From positions 1-40,726 of the forward strand of contig JAUCBJ010009086.1 in assembly GCA_032718475.1 (NCBI GenBank): DNA of 40,726 bases, read 5' to 3'. Below are positions 20,669 through 33,068 of this stretch, piece after piece (position 1 is the first letter of the stretch; the number at the start of each line of letters is the position of its first letter). Below the pieces are notes generated by a model. It searched no databases. It was not told where the DNA came from and saw nothing but the letters and a program-made list of their open reading frames with translations. Source of the stretch: Nemertoderma westbladi (taxonomy: Eukaryota; Animalia; Xenacoelomorpha). A program made the position numbers and the translations under genes.

Positions 20669-21485
20669 CTGGGGCGTGCCAGGGGCATTCGTGCGCCCGG
20701 GGGCTAGAGTGGATTTTTCGCCCCCCACCCCGAAGAAATAATTTTCAAACTGTTATAATTTGCGTTGGTTTGAAGCCATACATGGGGATACAACTCGTTA
20801 AAATAATTTATGGTAACGCAACTATTATTTTTGGTGCTTGTCTGATGGGACGAAAAAAACAAGTTGCGTAAAATTTCAAACGGCAAAAAACGAATTTGGT
20901 TGGATAATACTGTACGATAGGTCCTATATTTTAGTGTCATATTCGTGATCAGAATCCCAGAAAACCCCTAATATCATAAAATCAGGTTGATTTGGATTTA
21001 TCATTATGAAATTTGTGCTAGGTGTATTTTTCGTGCCACACATTAACACGTATCAAAAAAAGCCGTAATCAATAAGGTACAATATTATTCAGTGTCATAT
21101 TCGTGATCAGCATCCTAAAAACACATGGTCATAAAATCAATTTGAAATTTGAATTCGTGTGATTTGTGGAACAGTGCGAGTGCACCCGGCCGGGCCGCCA
21201 AGTCATTAAACTACAAGACCTGTACTGACTTCTATACAGATGGCAATTCTAGCCATATTTTGCACACCAAAATAACGCAGGACTAATTAATTGAAATTAA
21301 TTGTATTTTAAATTATATTAAAATAAAACAATTTGTGGGTTTGGTTAATGTGTGTCCAGCGCTAAAGCTGGTGACGATAGCTAAATCGCCCCCTAAAATC
21401 CATCAACTGTGTCTTTACATTTTTTCGCCCCCCCCATTTTTTTCGCCCGGGGGCAATAGATCCCCCCACCCCCGGCACGCCACTT
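20669..21485. mobile_element. hAT-type MITE
   Basis: Ends CTGGGGCGTGCC / GGCACGCCACTT, 8-bp TSD GCAATAAT (20661-20668 / 21486-21493), and GC-rich GCCCGGGG/CGCCCCC subterminal motifs. Confidence 0.75.
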
Positions 21486-21870
21486 GCAATAATTAATGGT
21501 AATTCACAATTTGCAGTGTGCCAAGCTGCCAAGGCATCATCGGCCTACTATAAATAAATAGTAGGTTAGGCCACCCTCCTGACTCCCACTCAACACAGCT
21601 GTATGGCTGTACCTAGTTTAGTTTGTTGTCAGATCTCAGGATCTGTCCAAGGCCTGTGGAAGGCCTTTAATCTGTCATCCATATCTGCCTATCAATCAAA
21701 GTAGCCTACATGCTACAAACAAGGACTGTAATTATTGTCTACAAAGAACTGTAAGTGACAGGGAGATTAAGCATATCGTGTAAACATAAACGTTAAAATC
21801 TTGTATTCAGTGCAGTTTAGCCAAGCAGTGTATGGTTCACGGTGTTGTGTTAGCAACGGATAACTGGATA

Positions 21871-22500
21871 ATGTTTACTAATGGCGGCGACGACACTTCT
21901 ACTTATACGTCGAAGGATTGGGAAGTCTTACTAAACGACTACAGTTACTGTAAACGACGGTTACAAAGTAAGAAAGCTTCCCTATTGGTTGTGTCACAAG
22001 ACCTCGAGAGGGCTTCTAGGGAACGAGACCATTACAAGCGTTTACTACGGAAGCTGATCGATATGTGTAAGTGTCCGACTGCGAAGGAATTCGCAACTCA
22101 TTTCCGAGGGGTAGACGAGATGGGGGGAGTTGGAACCGGCGAGGTCGATAAACTCAACGGTAGGATTCGAGATCTCGAGAAGGACCTTAGCGACGCCGTT
22201 GGTGACATTAAACTGTTACGTCAGACGATCACTAGGCAACGGCTCGGTGATGACACAACGCAGCGTGGACTGTCCAACCAAGGCAGGGAGGAGCTCGTGC
22301 AACAGCTGGAAGAGTTGATTTCGGAACGGAATAGCATTCAGCGAGATTTAGAGGAATCGATGGATTGTAAGAATGAGCTTATCGAGGAGAGAGACCATCT
22401 TAAGGAGAAAGCGGATCGACTTAATAAGGAGTTGAATTACGTGTTGGGAGGCGACGACAGGAGGATAGTAGATGTGGATGCCGTGTCTGTGGAGAACAAG
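21871..22500 (+). CDS. CCDC149: CCDC149 coding exon 1 (alternative in-frame ATG at 21832)
   Basis: DWEVLLNDYSYCKRRLQSKKASLLVVSQDLE..SRERDHYK, GDIKLLRQTI and ELNYVLGGDDRRIVDVDAVSVENK match CCDC149/DUF2353 motifs. Donor AAG|GTATGA at 22500. Confidence 0.88.
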
Positions 22501-22624
22501 GTATGAGCGAGGCCCGGCCCGAGGCATGTAAACATTAGCTAGTATCGGTATCGTTTTATCATTTTAGTTCTTTTTTTTCTCTTATTTTTTGGCTGGGATC
22601 AGCTATAGTTTGTGTTTATTTTAG

Positions 22625-22780
22625 TACGTGAAGGAGCGATTAAAACAAAGCGAAGAGGAAAGAAACCGGCTGCATAACCAACTCAAGAAGTATCGGGAAG
22701 TATTGGAGAAAAAAAAGTCAGCGAGGTTGGGGATGGCCTTACCTAAACTGGGTTCGAGTAACGTAATAACCCAAAGACAG
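22625..22780 (+). CDS. CCDC149: CCDC149 coding exon 2
   Basis: Acceptor tttttAG at 22624, phase 0, YVKERLKQSEEE...KYREVLEKKK...VITQRQ, donor CAG|GTTGGT. Confidence 0.85.
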
Positions 22781-24061
22781 GTTGGTGAGGGTAAATTAAT
22801 GACAGCCGGAATTTTTGGTTATTTTTTCATTAAAATATTCCCTTAAATACGTTTTATATAACATCATACTGATAGTAGTATTACTTTTGGAATAAAATAT
22901 TATTTTAAATTTCTAACTAAAGAATCACAATAACATATACCAAGAAAAACCACTTTGAGTCAAGCATGACTCAAGGAATTGGAATGCTATTGAAAATAAT
23001 CGTTTCAAATAATGGTTACACTGAGTTTTAATTTTCAGTTGTAAAGTTCACTAAAACTATTTGACTACTGATGGTACTTCTTAATTCTATTGAGTTTTCA
23101 TTTAAACACTATTATATTGATAGTTATAATAAATAATTAGTGATAATTGATTATTAAATTTTACTCTGAACTCAGTGTGTTCCTAAGAAACGTTTTTCCG
23201 TTTTTTCTCTACATACAATTTTTACAATTCTGAAAAAATTGTCACTGTTTCAGAAAAAATTCGTACTCTTTGCACCTTGGTTGTTTTTGCATCTCTGATG
23301 GGAAACAGCTTTTTGTTCTAGACTAGAACCTAGAAGATAGGGGATGGGGGGGGGGGACTGGTCGCAAATCCCATCCTGGCGAATTCATATCCCGCCTTAA
23401 TGTTAAATTATCAATTTAGGGAAAGGAGCAGGTTACTGTGGTACGTTATTTTAACCAAAACAATAAACTAAAGACAATAGAACAGGTTACAGTTTTATTT
23501 TTGAGAGTAATCAACTGTTATTTGCGTCGAATTTCCCCTGGAGAGGGATGAATTTTTATTGCGCCGAAAGTCCCTCCTAACTGGAACCTAGATATATTTC
23601 ATCAATAATATCGCAGTATAGTAAAAAATATGGTTAATGATGTACAAGTGGAAGCGAAGCGTATTTGAAATACTAAAGTTATACCTTACGTACAATCGTG
23701 AATCAGTAAGGATACATAAAAATACGTGAATATGATTATTAATATATGCAATAATTAAAATTAGATCTCTCAATAACGGCCAGTAAATTTTTGGGGCACT
23801 TTCTGGTTTCATATGCAGAAATTATCGCTCTGTCTAACCAACAATGTGGCTAATTCTCAAAGTTAATTTCAAAATTGAACAATTCTCAAATATCACATTG
23901 GTCAATATGGTTGGCATTGCTAAGTTAAGCAAGATGGTTCCCCGCCACCGAGGCGGGTTCAAGTCTGTGCTATTGTGATCTTATTTAACCTATGAATAAT
24001 TCCCTAAATCAAATAGAGAAGAAGTAGGTGTAAGTTGTGCGATGTGGGATCTTGAGGTGTT

Positions 24062-24285
24062 GTGGTGTAAACGGGTCAGAGTAAAACGCAGATCCGGATT
24101 CTACGGAAGTCGATTTTTTTTACATTTTTATAACTCCCAAAAATAAAACTGTAACCTGTTCTATTGACTTTAGTTTATTGTTTTGGTTAAAATAATAACG
24201 TGCCACTGTAACCTGCTCCTTTCCCTTAATTGATAATTTTGGAATCCGGATCCGCGTTTTACACCTACCCGGTGTAAACGGTGCT
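24062..24285. mobile_element. MITE-like inverted-repeat shell enclosing a GGGAAAGGAGCAGGTTAC family core
   Basis: GTAAAACGCAGATCCGGATTC ... GAATCCGGATCCGCGTTTTAC inverted pair around a minus-strand core copy. Confidence 0.55.
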
Positions 24286-24421
24286 TTACCCACCACCGTT
24301 GCGTTATACTGGAAGGTGTACCATGATGAGTATTGGGAGACTCATTAGATGTAAGGGATGTAAGAAGGGGCCGCATTAATGAATGGCGATTCCTTCTCTA
24401 TTTGTTTCACATTTATTTTAG

Positions 24422-24585
24422 GTGCAGCATTTCCTCGCCGGTGATGGGGGTTCATCTACCATCCCAGTGACGTCACGAACTGTCTCGGATCTACAGGCCC
24501 TCTCGTCGTCTCTCCTAGAGACAGTTAACGATAAGAACCTCGCCTTGGCCCACCAGAAGAACACAAACAAAATACTGGGACACCG
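24422..24585 (+). CDS. CCDC149: CCDC149 coding exon 3 (later exons not found in the window)
   Basis: Acceptor ttttAG at 24421. VQHFL...SDLQALSSSLLETVNDKNLALAHQKNTNKILGHR matches the conserved HQRxTNKILGxR block. Donor CG|GTAAGT at 24585|24586. Confidence 0.88.
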
Positions 24586-24597
24586 GTAAGTATAAAT

Positions 24598-27515
24598 CAG
24601 GTCAGGTCACGTATTCTAGGTCATTGATCAAGAAAACTTGCCACCTCCATGCAGCATGAAGGAGGTGCCACCTGTAGCTGCATAGGCCCTCTTACTAGGG
24701 CAAATCTGGTCCTGTAACTAGGACACCCTTCGTTCTGGGATAAGGACGCCCTTGGTCCTGGATTAAGGACCCATATACTTGGCTGCAGGGGTATATGGCC
24801 TGGCCAGGCAGATGATGATCTACCAATGGCTGGTCAGGAGTAGAGTGTTCTCATGTCCACTATGAGTGCACTTCACTGCGACCTGCACCTGGCAGCAAGG
24901 GTACAGGGCATGACCCAGCAGATGAGCTGCACAGCCAATGGTGGGTCATGTGCGCCAGAGTAGATATGGGTGATGGGCCTCATATCTGACTCCACTGCGA
25001 CATCCACCCTGTGGAATGGCAAACCAGGGTGTGGTATTTGCCCCGAGAGCTGACACGGCAAAAAAGCACCCCCCAACCCCCACTATGGATTACATTAGTA
25101 ATGCGGAAGTCCGGCCACTAGAGGCCAGTGGAATTACCGGACACAATCGGCCTCACAGGGGTCAGTTATCTCCTGACCGGCTGCCTGTCTCACCCCCTAA
25201 TGGAGAGAGAGCAGCCATCAATTCTTCGAGTCCCTTTCCTGATGACCTTTCTGGCCCAAACCCTGGGTCACCAGGGAGGCCAGATTGTGAGTGGGGGAGG
25301 GGTTCTGGAGTTGGAGGCTACTCTCATGTTCCACCCCGACCAACAAAGCCATTGGTGAATCTGAGGCAAGTCACTAGACTAGCCTCAGTAAACACCCTAA
25401 CACTCGGGTCCCCAATGCGACAAGGTGAGCTGACTGCCTTGGCAGATAAGCTTTTTCTTAGCGCAGTGGGTGTTCAAGAGCACCGAATGCAGACTGGACA
25501 GACTGATGAGGTTCTGATTAAGGACATGGGGGGCGGTTGGCGACTCGCCCTCGCGTCAGCACATGATAGTGGCAATGGTGGAATTTGTCTATTGATGAAT
25601 CCAATTGCACATGCAGCATTGGACAAAATAGACCAAATCTCTAACCGCATCATCCGTTGCCACTTCTCATGTTCTGAAAGACTGGCTAAGAAGTTTCCTA
25701 AGGTGGTTCTGATTGTGTGCTACTCTCCAACTAGTGTTGCCCCTGTAGAGGAGGTGGAAAATTTCTACCACAATCTACAAGCAGCTACTGATGGAGTGGA
25801 TCAGCATGCATTCTTAACATTCCTGAGAGACTTGAATGCAAGTCTGCATCAATCACCTACATCGCCCTGGGTCTATAGCAATAGTGTTAACCGAAATTCC
25901 GTCCATCTTCAGGATTTTATCTCTTGAAATGGATTGTTTTGGCTGGAACCCAGTTCAAGAAGCGAACTGGAAAGCTATGGACTCATAGTGGACCCAGTGG
26001 TCACAAGTCCCAGATAGACCATATTCTGTTTCGTAGGAAATACAGGAGCTCTATACAAGACTGTAATGCATTTACACTTCGACCCTTCTACAGTGATCAC
26101 CGCCTTATCTTTGCCAAGGTAAGACTTGTCTGCGTGCTAGCAGAACAACGAAATCTGCCTTGCCGCGGCATGACTGGTCCTTTCTGTTGCAACAGCCAAG
26201 TGTGAGATCCAGCATCCAACATCCATCACACTACAGCTGAGCAACAGTGATCTGCCGCCTCAGAGGCAATACCTCATAGCTATGAGGTATTGCCTCTGAG
26301 GCGGCGGATCATTGTGAGGGCTATACTGCCTTCACAGAAGCAGTTAAGTTAGCAGCTGCAGAAACAGTTCCTGTATAAGGCGCAGAAAGAATCCCGACTC
26401 AAACAGACTACAGCGGCCAAGAATGCAGTTAAGGCTGCATCTAGGTCCCTGAACAGGCAGTACTCTGTTAATCTACAGGAGCTAATAAACCAACATGTTG
26501 ATATCATCAATGATGCTGACGACAGCAGGCAATCATCCCAGGCATGGAAACCGATCAACTTGCTTACTGGGCGGAAAAGCCAACCAACCACCAAGGTTAA
26601 GGCTGAATCACCAGCCGATCGCCTCAATGGTTGGAAGGCCCACTTTGAAAAGCTCACTCAAAAATGACAGCGTAACTTTATAGAAGTAAAAGTGTCTGAG
26701 TCTGTACTCCCAGATTTTCCCATTGGCGATATCTCCTTTGCAGAAGTGAAGGCTGCTTCAAAGAGCATTACTGCTTCTAGTGTTGGTCTTTTTATTAACT
26801 CCAGAAAGACCAAAATTTTGACAGTTAACTTTGAAAGTCCTCAGCAAGTCTCTGATCGGATGAGCATAAGCTCAAAGGATGGTATGCTTGAGCATGTGGA
26901 CGACTTCTTTTACCTGGGATCATGGCTCCGGAAGTCAGGTGAGGACCTTCGAATACGTAAGGGAAAGGCACGGGCAGTCTTGAATAAGCTTTCCAGGATT
27001 TGGAAGTCACCGAGAATTAATCGGAAACTTAAGGTCCGATTATTTAGAGCAGCAGTAGTTCCAGTACTCCTCTATGGGAGTCCATGCTGGGCTCTAACTG
27101 CTGAGGACACCAAATCTCTGGATGGCATATTCACAAGAATGCTACGCCGGGTCCATTGTGTCAAGTACAATGCACACATCTCCAACCAGACACTCTATAA
27201 TATTGAAGGTGTCTCATTGGTTCCCCCAAGCTTGCCACTAGAACAAAATCGCCTCCGCTTTGCAGGACATTGCTTTCGCCGTGAGTACCAGCCAGTGCAT
27301 AATCTTGTACTTTGGCAGCCTCATGGAGTGAATAAGCATGGTGGACAGCCCATGACTTTCTTGAGACGCATCTTAAAGGACACTGGCCTTGAAGATGCGG
27401 ATGATCTAGCAAATGTCATGGGTGATAGGGAGTTGTGGCGGCGCAATTTTGTCGACAAGCCGGCACAGCAGTGTGTTTAAAAATGCAGTTGCTATGCAGC
27501 ATGCCGATCCTAGTA
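24598..27515 (+). mobile_element. RTE-clade non-LTR retrotransposon, frameshifted and with most of RT deleted
   Basis: APE motifs (ASVNTLTL, VGVQEHR, VCYSPT, DLNA, QIDHIL, SDH) and RTE C-terminal motifs (FFYLGS, VPVLLYGSPCW, RLRFAGHCFR, DRELWR). 12-bp TSD GTAAGTATAAAT (24586-24597 / 27516-27527). Confidence 0.9.
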
Positions 27516-30500
27516 GTAAGTATAAATACTGGGACACCGGTAAGTATAAATACTTGGACACCGGTAAGTATAAATACTGGGACATCGGTAAGTATAAATA
27601 CTGGGACACCGGTAAGTATAAATACTGGGACATCGGTAAGTATAAATACTAGGACATCGGTAAGTATAAATGCTGTGACATCGGTAAGTATAAATACTGG
27701 GACATCGGTAAGTATAAATACTGGGACACCGGTAAATATAAATACTAGGACATCGGAAGTATAAATACTAGGACATCGATAAGTATACATACTGGGACAT
27801 CGGTAAGTATAAATACTGGGACATCGGTAAGTATAAATACTGGGACACCGGTAAGTATAAATACTAGGACATCGGTAAGTATAAATACTGGGACACCGGT
27901 AAGTATAAATACTGGGACATCGGTAAGTATAAATACTGGGACATCGGTAAGTATAAATACTGGGACACCGGTAAGTATAAATTCTAGGACATCGGTAAGT
28001 ATAAATACTGGGACATAGGTAAGTATAAATACTGGGAGATCGGTAAGTATAAATACTGGGACATCGGTAAGTATATATACTGGGACATCGGTAAGTATAC
28101 ATACTGGGACACCGATAAGTATAAATACTGGGACACCGGTAAGTATAAATACTGGGACATCGGTAAGTATAAATACTGGGACATCGGTAAGTATAAATAC
28201 TGGGACACCGGTAAGTATAAATACTCCCACACCGATAAGTATAAATACTGGGACATCGGTAAGTAAAAAAATACTGGGACATCGGTAAGTATAAATACTG
28301 GGACATCGGTAAGTATAAATACTGGGACATCGGTAAGTATAAATACTGGGACATCGGTAAGTATAAATTCTGGGACACCGGTAAGTATAAATACTGTGAC
28401 ATCGGTGAATATAAATTCTGGGACATCGATAAGTATACATACTGGGACACCGATACTGGGACACCGATAAATATAAATACTGGGACATCGGTAAGTATAA
28501 ATACTGGGACATCGGTAAGTATAAATACTAGGACATCGGTAAGTATAAATACTGGGACATCGGTAAGTATGAATACTGGAACACCGGTAAGTATAAATAC
28601 TAGGACATCGGTAAGTATAAATACTGGGACATCGGTAAGTATAAATACTGGGACATAGCATAGGTAAGCATAAATGCTGGGACACCGGTAAGTATAAATA
28701 CTGTGACATCGGTAAATATAAATTCTGGGACATCGATAAGTATACATACTGGGACACCGATAAATATAAATACTGGGACATCGGTAAGTATAAATACTGG
28801 GACATCGGTAAGTATAAATACTAGGACATCGGTAAGTATAAATACTGGGACATCGGTAAGTATAAATACTGGAACACCGGTAAGTATAAATACTAGGACA
28901 TCGGTAAGTATAAATACTGGGACATCGGTAAGTATAAATACTGGGACATCGGTAAGTATAAATACTGGGACATCGGTAAGTATAAATACTGGGACACCGG
29001 TAAGTATAAATACTAGGACATCGGTAAGTATAAATACTGGGACATAGGTAAGTATAAATACTGGGAGATCGGTAAGTATAAATACTGGGACATCGGTAAG
29101 TATAAATACTGGGACATCGGTAAGTATACATACTGGGACACCGATACTGGGACACCGATAAGTATAAATACTGGGACACCGGTAAGTATAAATACTGGGA
29201 CATCGGTAAGTATAAATACTGGGACATCGGTAAATATAAATACTGGGACACCGGTAAGTATAAATACTCCCACACCGATAAGTATAAATACTGGGACATC
29301 GGTAAGTAAAAAAATACTGGGACATCGGTAAGTATAAATACGGGGACACCGGTAAGTATAAATACTGGGACACCGGTAAGTACAAATACTGGGACACAGG
29401 TAAGTAAGTATAAATACTGGGACACAGGTAAGTAAGTATAAATAATTGACACAGGTAAGTATAAATACTGGGACATAGGTAAGTATAAATACTGGGACAT
29501 CGGTAAGTATAAATACTGGGACATCGGTAAGTATAAATACTGGGACATCGGTAAGTATAAATACTGGGACACCGGTAAGTATAAATACTCCCACATCGAT
29601 AAGTATAAATACTGGGACATCGGTAAGTAAAAAAATACTGGGACTTCGGTAAGTATAAATACGGGGACACCGGTAAGTATAAATACTGGGACACCGGTAA
29701 GTACAAATACTGGGACACAGGTAAGTATAAATACTGGGACATCGGTAAGTATAAATACTGGGACATCGGTAAGTATAAATACTGGGACACCGGTAAGTAC
29801 AAATACTGGGACACAGGTAAGTATAAATACTGGGACACCGGTAAGTATAAATACTGGGACATCGGTAAGTATAAATACTTGGACATCGGTAAGTATAAAT
29901 ACTGGGGCATCGGTAAGTATAAATACTGGGACACCGGTAAGTATAAATACTCCCACACCGATAAGTATAAATACTGGGACATCGGTAAGTAAAAAAATAC
30001 TGGGACATCGGTAAGTATAAATACGGGGACACCGGTAAGTATAAATACTGGGACACCGATAAGTATAAATACTGGGACATCGGTAAGTATAAATACTGGG
30101 ACACAGGTAAGTATAAATACTGGGACATCGGTAAGTAAAAAAATACTGGGACATCGGTAAGTATAAATACTGGGACATCGGTAAGTATAAATACTGGGAC
30201 ATCGGTAAGTATAAATACTGGGACACAGGTAAGTATAAATACTGGGACACAGGTAAGTATAAATACTGGGACATCGGTAAGTATAAATACTGGGACATCG
30301 GTAAGTATAAATACTGGGACACCGGTAAGTATAAATACTAGGACATCGGTAAGTATAAATACTGGGACATAGGTAAGTATAAATACTGGGAGATCGGTAA
30401 GTATAAATACTGGGACATCGGTAAGTATAAATACTGGGACATCGGTAAGTATACATACTGTGACACCGATACTGGGACACCGATAAGTATAAATACTGGG

Positions 30501-30708
30501 ACACCGGTAAGTATAAATACTGGGACATCGGTAAGTATAAATACTGGGACATCGGTAAATATAAATACTGGGACACCGGTAAGTATAAATACTCCCACAC
30601 CGATAAGTATAAATACTGGGACATCGGTAAGTAAAAAAATACTGGGACATCGGTAAGTATAAATACGGGGACACCGGTAAGTATAAATACTGGGACACAG
30701 GTAAGTAT
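27516..30708 (+). repeat. 24-bp minisatellite (AAATACTGGGACAYCGGTAAGTAT)n, ~130 units
   Basis: Directly visible tandem array. The unit equals the last 16 nt of CCDC149 exon 3 plus the first 8 nt of its intron. Confidence 0.97.
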
Positions 30709-31989
30709 GTAAAACGTCTCACTTAACCGTTAAACGTCAATTAAACGTACAAATTGAGATGGGTATAGGGCCTTACTTACCTCTTCAAATTGTTAATGTA
30801 TGTCAATTGTTATAGTCCTGTTAAGCTTAATTCAATACATTCCTAGCGCTAAGAGAAAAAACGTACAAATATTTTCAAACGAGACACTATACCCGATCAT
30901 CGCCTTTCAGAAACGGCTTATCTGATTTGCTGATAACGCAGGAGCGATCCTCGATGTCAACAACATGTGTTGTAGTGGCATTGTTGTGAGGAGCCATATA
31001 GTTGTTTGATTTAGTGGTCTTGCTTCGGCGAGTGCCGCTGATGATTCTCCAAATATAATAGGCCTAGTTTTTATTTCTGTTTTGGTTTTGTTCTTATTAT
31101 TATTCATAAATATTTACTAATTCCAAATAAATTCATAATTTCAGAGTTTCCGAATTGGAAAAAAAATTGAAAACTGTTGAAACTGCAGGACTGTGGAACG
31201 TAAATCGGGGTTGTTGTGCAGACAGCCGGGAGAACCTTGTCCGTCCGATATCGCCGATTCCTTTACGGGACGAAACTCTATCCCCGGAGTGCAACCCAAG
31301 TAGTCCGGAATACATTCCGAGTTGTAATAGTCCAGAATACATTCCGAGTTCGGAACCCAGCCTACCGTTTGAGACAACTGTCTCGGATCCCAACCCTAAA
31401 CTCGTTGATGTTGACGATTTCCCTAACAATGATGAAACTCCAGACGATGTAGATAGTGAACTGATTGAGGACGAAGGTGTCAGATCGCTTCTGGATAATA
31501 TATCCCAAAGCGGTAGCTTAACTACCTTGCAATCCCTTATTACGTAAACTTATTGTACCGGTGCAAATCGTGTTAACGTGTAGTATTTATTGATGCCAGT
31601 ATTATTAGATGTCGCCACAGGTGTTTAATAAATAAGTTATCGTTCCCAAGGTAATCCCGATGCAGTACAAATGATGCAGTATTCAGTACAAGCATCGGTT
31701 CAACGGCAGGCACAGCGCACCCCGCACAGGTTGATAAGAAATATTATTTTGATAAAATAAGAAACTATTAATTATAGTACTACAGAGAACAGATTGTATA
31801 CACAATAGGCCTATATAATTGACCCTATATTACTAGCACATTTGTAAACTTCTTGATACAATAAACCGAACACAATAACCACCAAGCTTAATTACCAAGA
31901 AGTACATCCAGCGATCAATAATAATATAAGAATTCCTACAAACATTCACCAAAACATTTCTTCAATGTTCAAGTCGAGTTGGCTAAGAT

Positions 31990-32830
31990 AAAACATATTA
32001 GTACGCAATAAAATTTAAAAGTTTTTATTCTAGGTGATTTACGAAATAAGTGTTAGCATCTTCAATACGAGAATATTTTAATAATAAGCGAAACGCAGTA
32101 TTATAAGCAACCTTCATTTTACGTAGACATTTAACTCGAAATATGAACCACAAAGCACAACCATAAATACTATAAAAGAAAGTTTTAAATAATATAACTT
32201 TGACCGACTCCGTGCAACCTGAGAACAGACGTTCTAACTGGTCACCATGGCAATACATGTTGCTACGCGACCTTAACATATCGGATTCATCTGATAAAGT
32301 AGAAATAAATGAGTGACCGAGATATTTGTATTCTCTGTACGTAGGTTCTTGCCCAAGTCACCGGTGGTATCATTAGATAAAGAGTTTGTTTGTTGGCTGG
32401 ACCTATGTCTAAGTGACCAAATGGAATCAAAAGAATATATGTTACGATATGAATATCAGGAAACAGCCCTTTATCAATTCATTCAACGCGTGCGTTGATA
32501 AAGGGTTGTTGCCCGAAATATACTCATATAGTTAACATAATTTTCTTTTGATTCCATTTGGTCACTTAGACATAGATCCAGTCAGCAATACAAACTCTTT
32601 ATCTAGTATTTGTATTCTTTTACACACGCTTTTACCATTTTTTTTACCATTTAAATAGACATCCTCTACTCGACCAAATTTATAAGGATACACTGAGATT
32701 CATCAAATGCATTATCGAATTCTAGACCATTACTTTATGAAGAGCACGTAGACCAAAAATACTGGGAGAAAAAAGACAGATATAGTCAGCGTAATATAAT
32801 TGATTAAGTAACATTGTGCAAAACATGCAA
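31990..32830 (-). mobile_element. Decayed non-LTR retrotransposon RT C-terminal fragment (duplicated at ~35945-36785)
   Basis: Minus strand gives YYADYICLFSPSIFGL (degenerate YADD), KEYKYLGH (restored after removing the inserted element) and VKVILFKTFFYSIYGCALW...MKVAYNTAFRLLL. Confidence 0.75.
32335..32606. mobile_element. Palindromic PLE-derived hammerhead-motif element, copy 2
   Basis: TSD TATTTGTATTCT (32323-32334 / 32607-32618). It splits the EYKYLG motif of the host LINE. TTGATAAAGGGTTGTTGCCCGAAATATACTCA on the plus strand. Confidence 0.7.
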
Positions 32831-33068
32831 CCAGCTTTAATTTAATTTAATCGAATTCTAAGATAATTTACATAAATGATCTTAGTTCGAATAGAAAATA
32901 CGAAATAAATATAGTAAAGATGCGTATTTTATTAGTCTCGGATTTTTTATTAAATAATTAATTACAGTTTATTATACTCTATGCTAAATATGAAATTAGT
33001 TTGAAAATTATTTGGCTAGTCTCTTTCTACTGTCCTTATAGCTACGGCGGGTTAATTAGAAGGCTTTA

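Noticed and set aside
24598-24800. HDV-like ribozyme in the RTE 5' UTR
   Set aside because: Such ribozymes are known in some RTEs and several hairpins are present, but I could not build the nested double pseudoknot by eye. It needs a descriptor search.
27516-30708. CRISPR array or long repetitive proteins (968, 674 and 569 aa ORFs)
   Set aside because: The units are contiguous with no unique spacers and no cas genes are present. The long minus-strand ORFs arise only because the 24-bp unit lacks stops on that strand.
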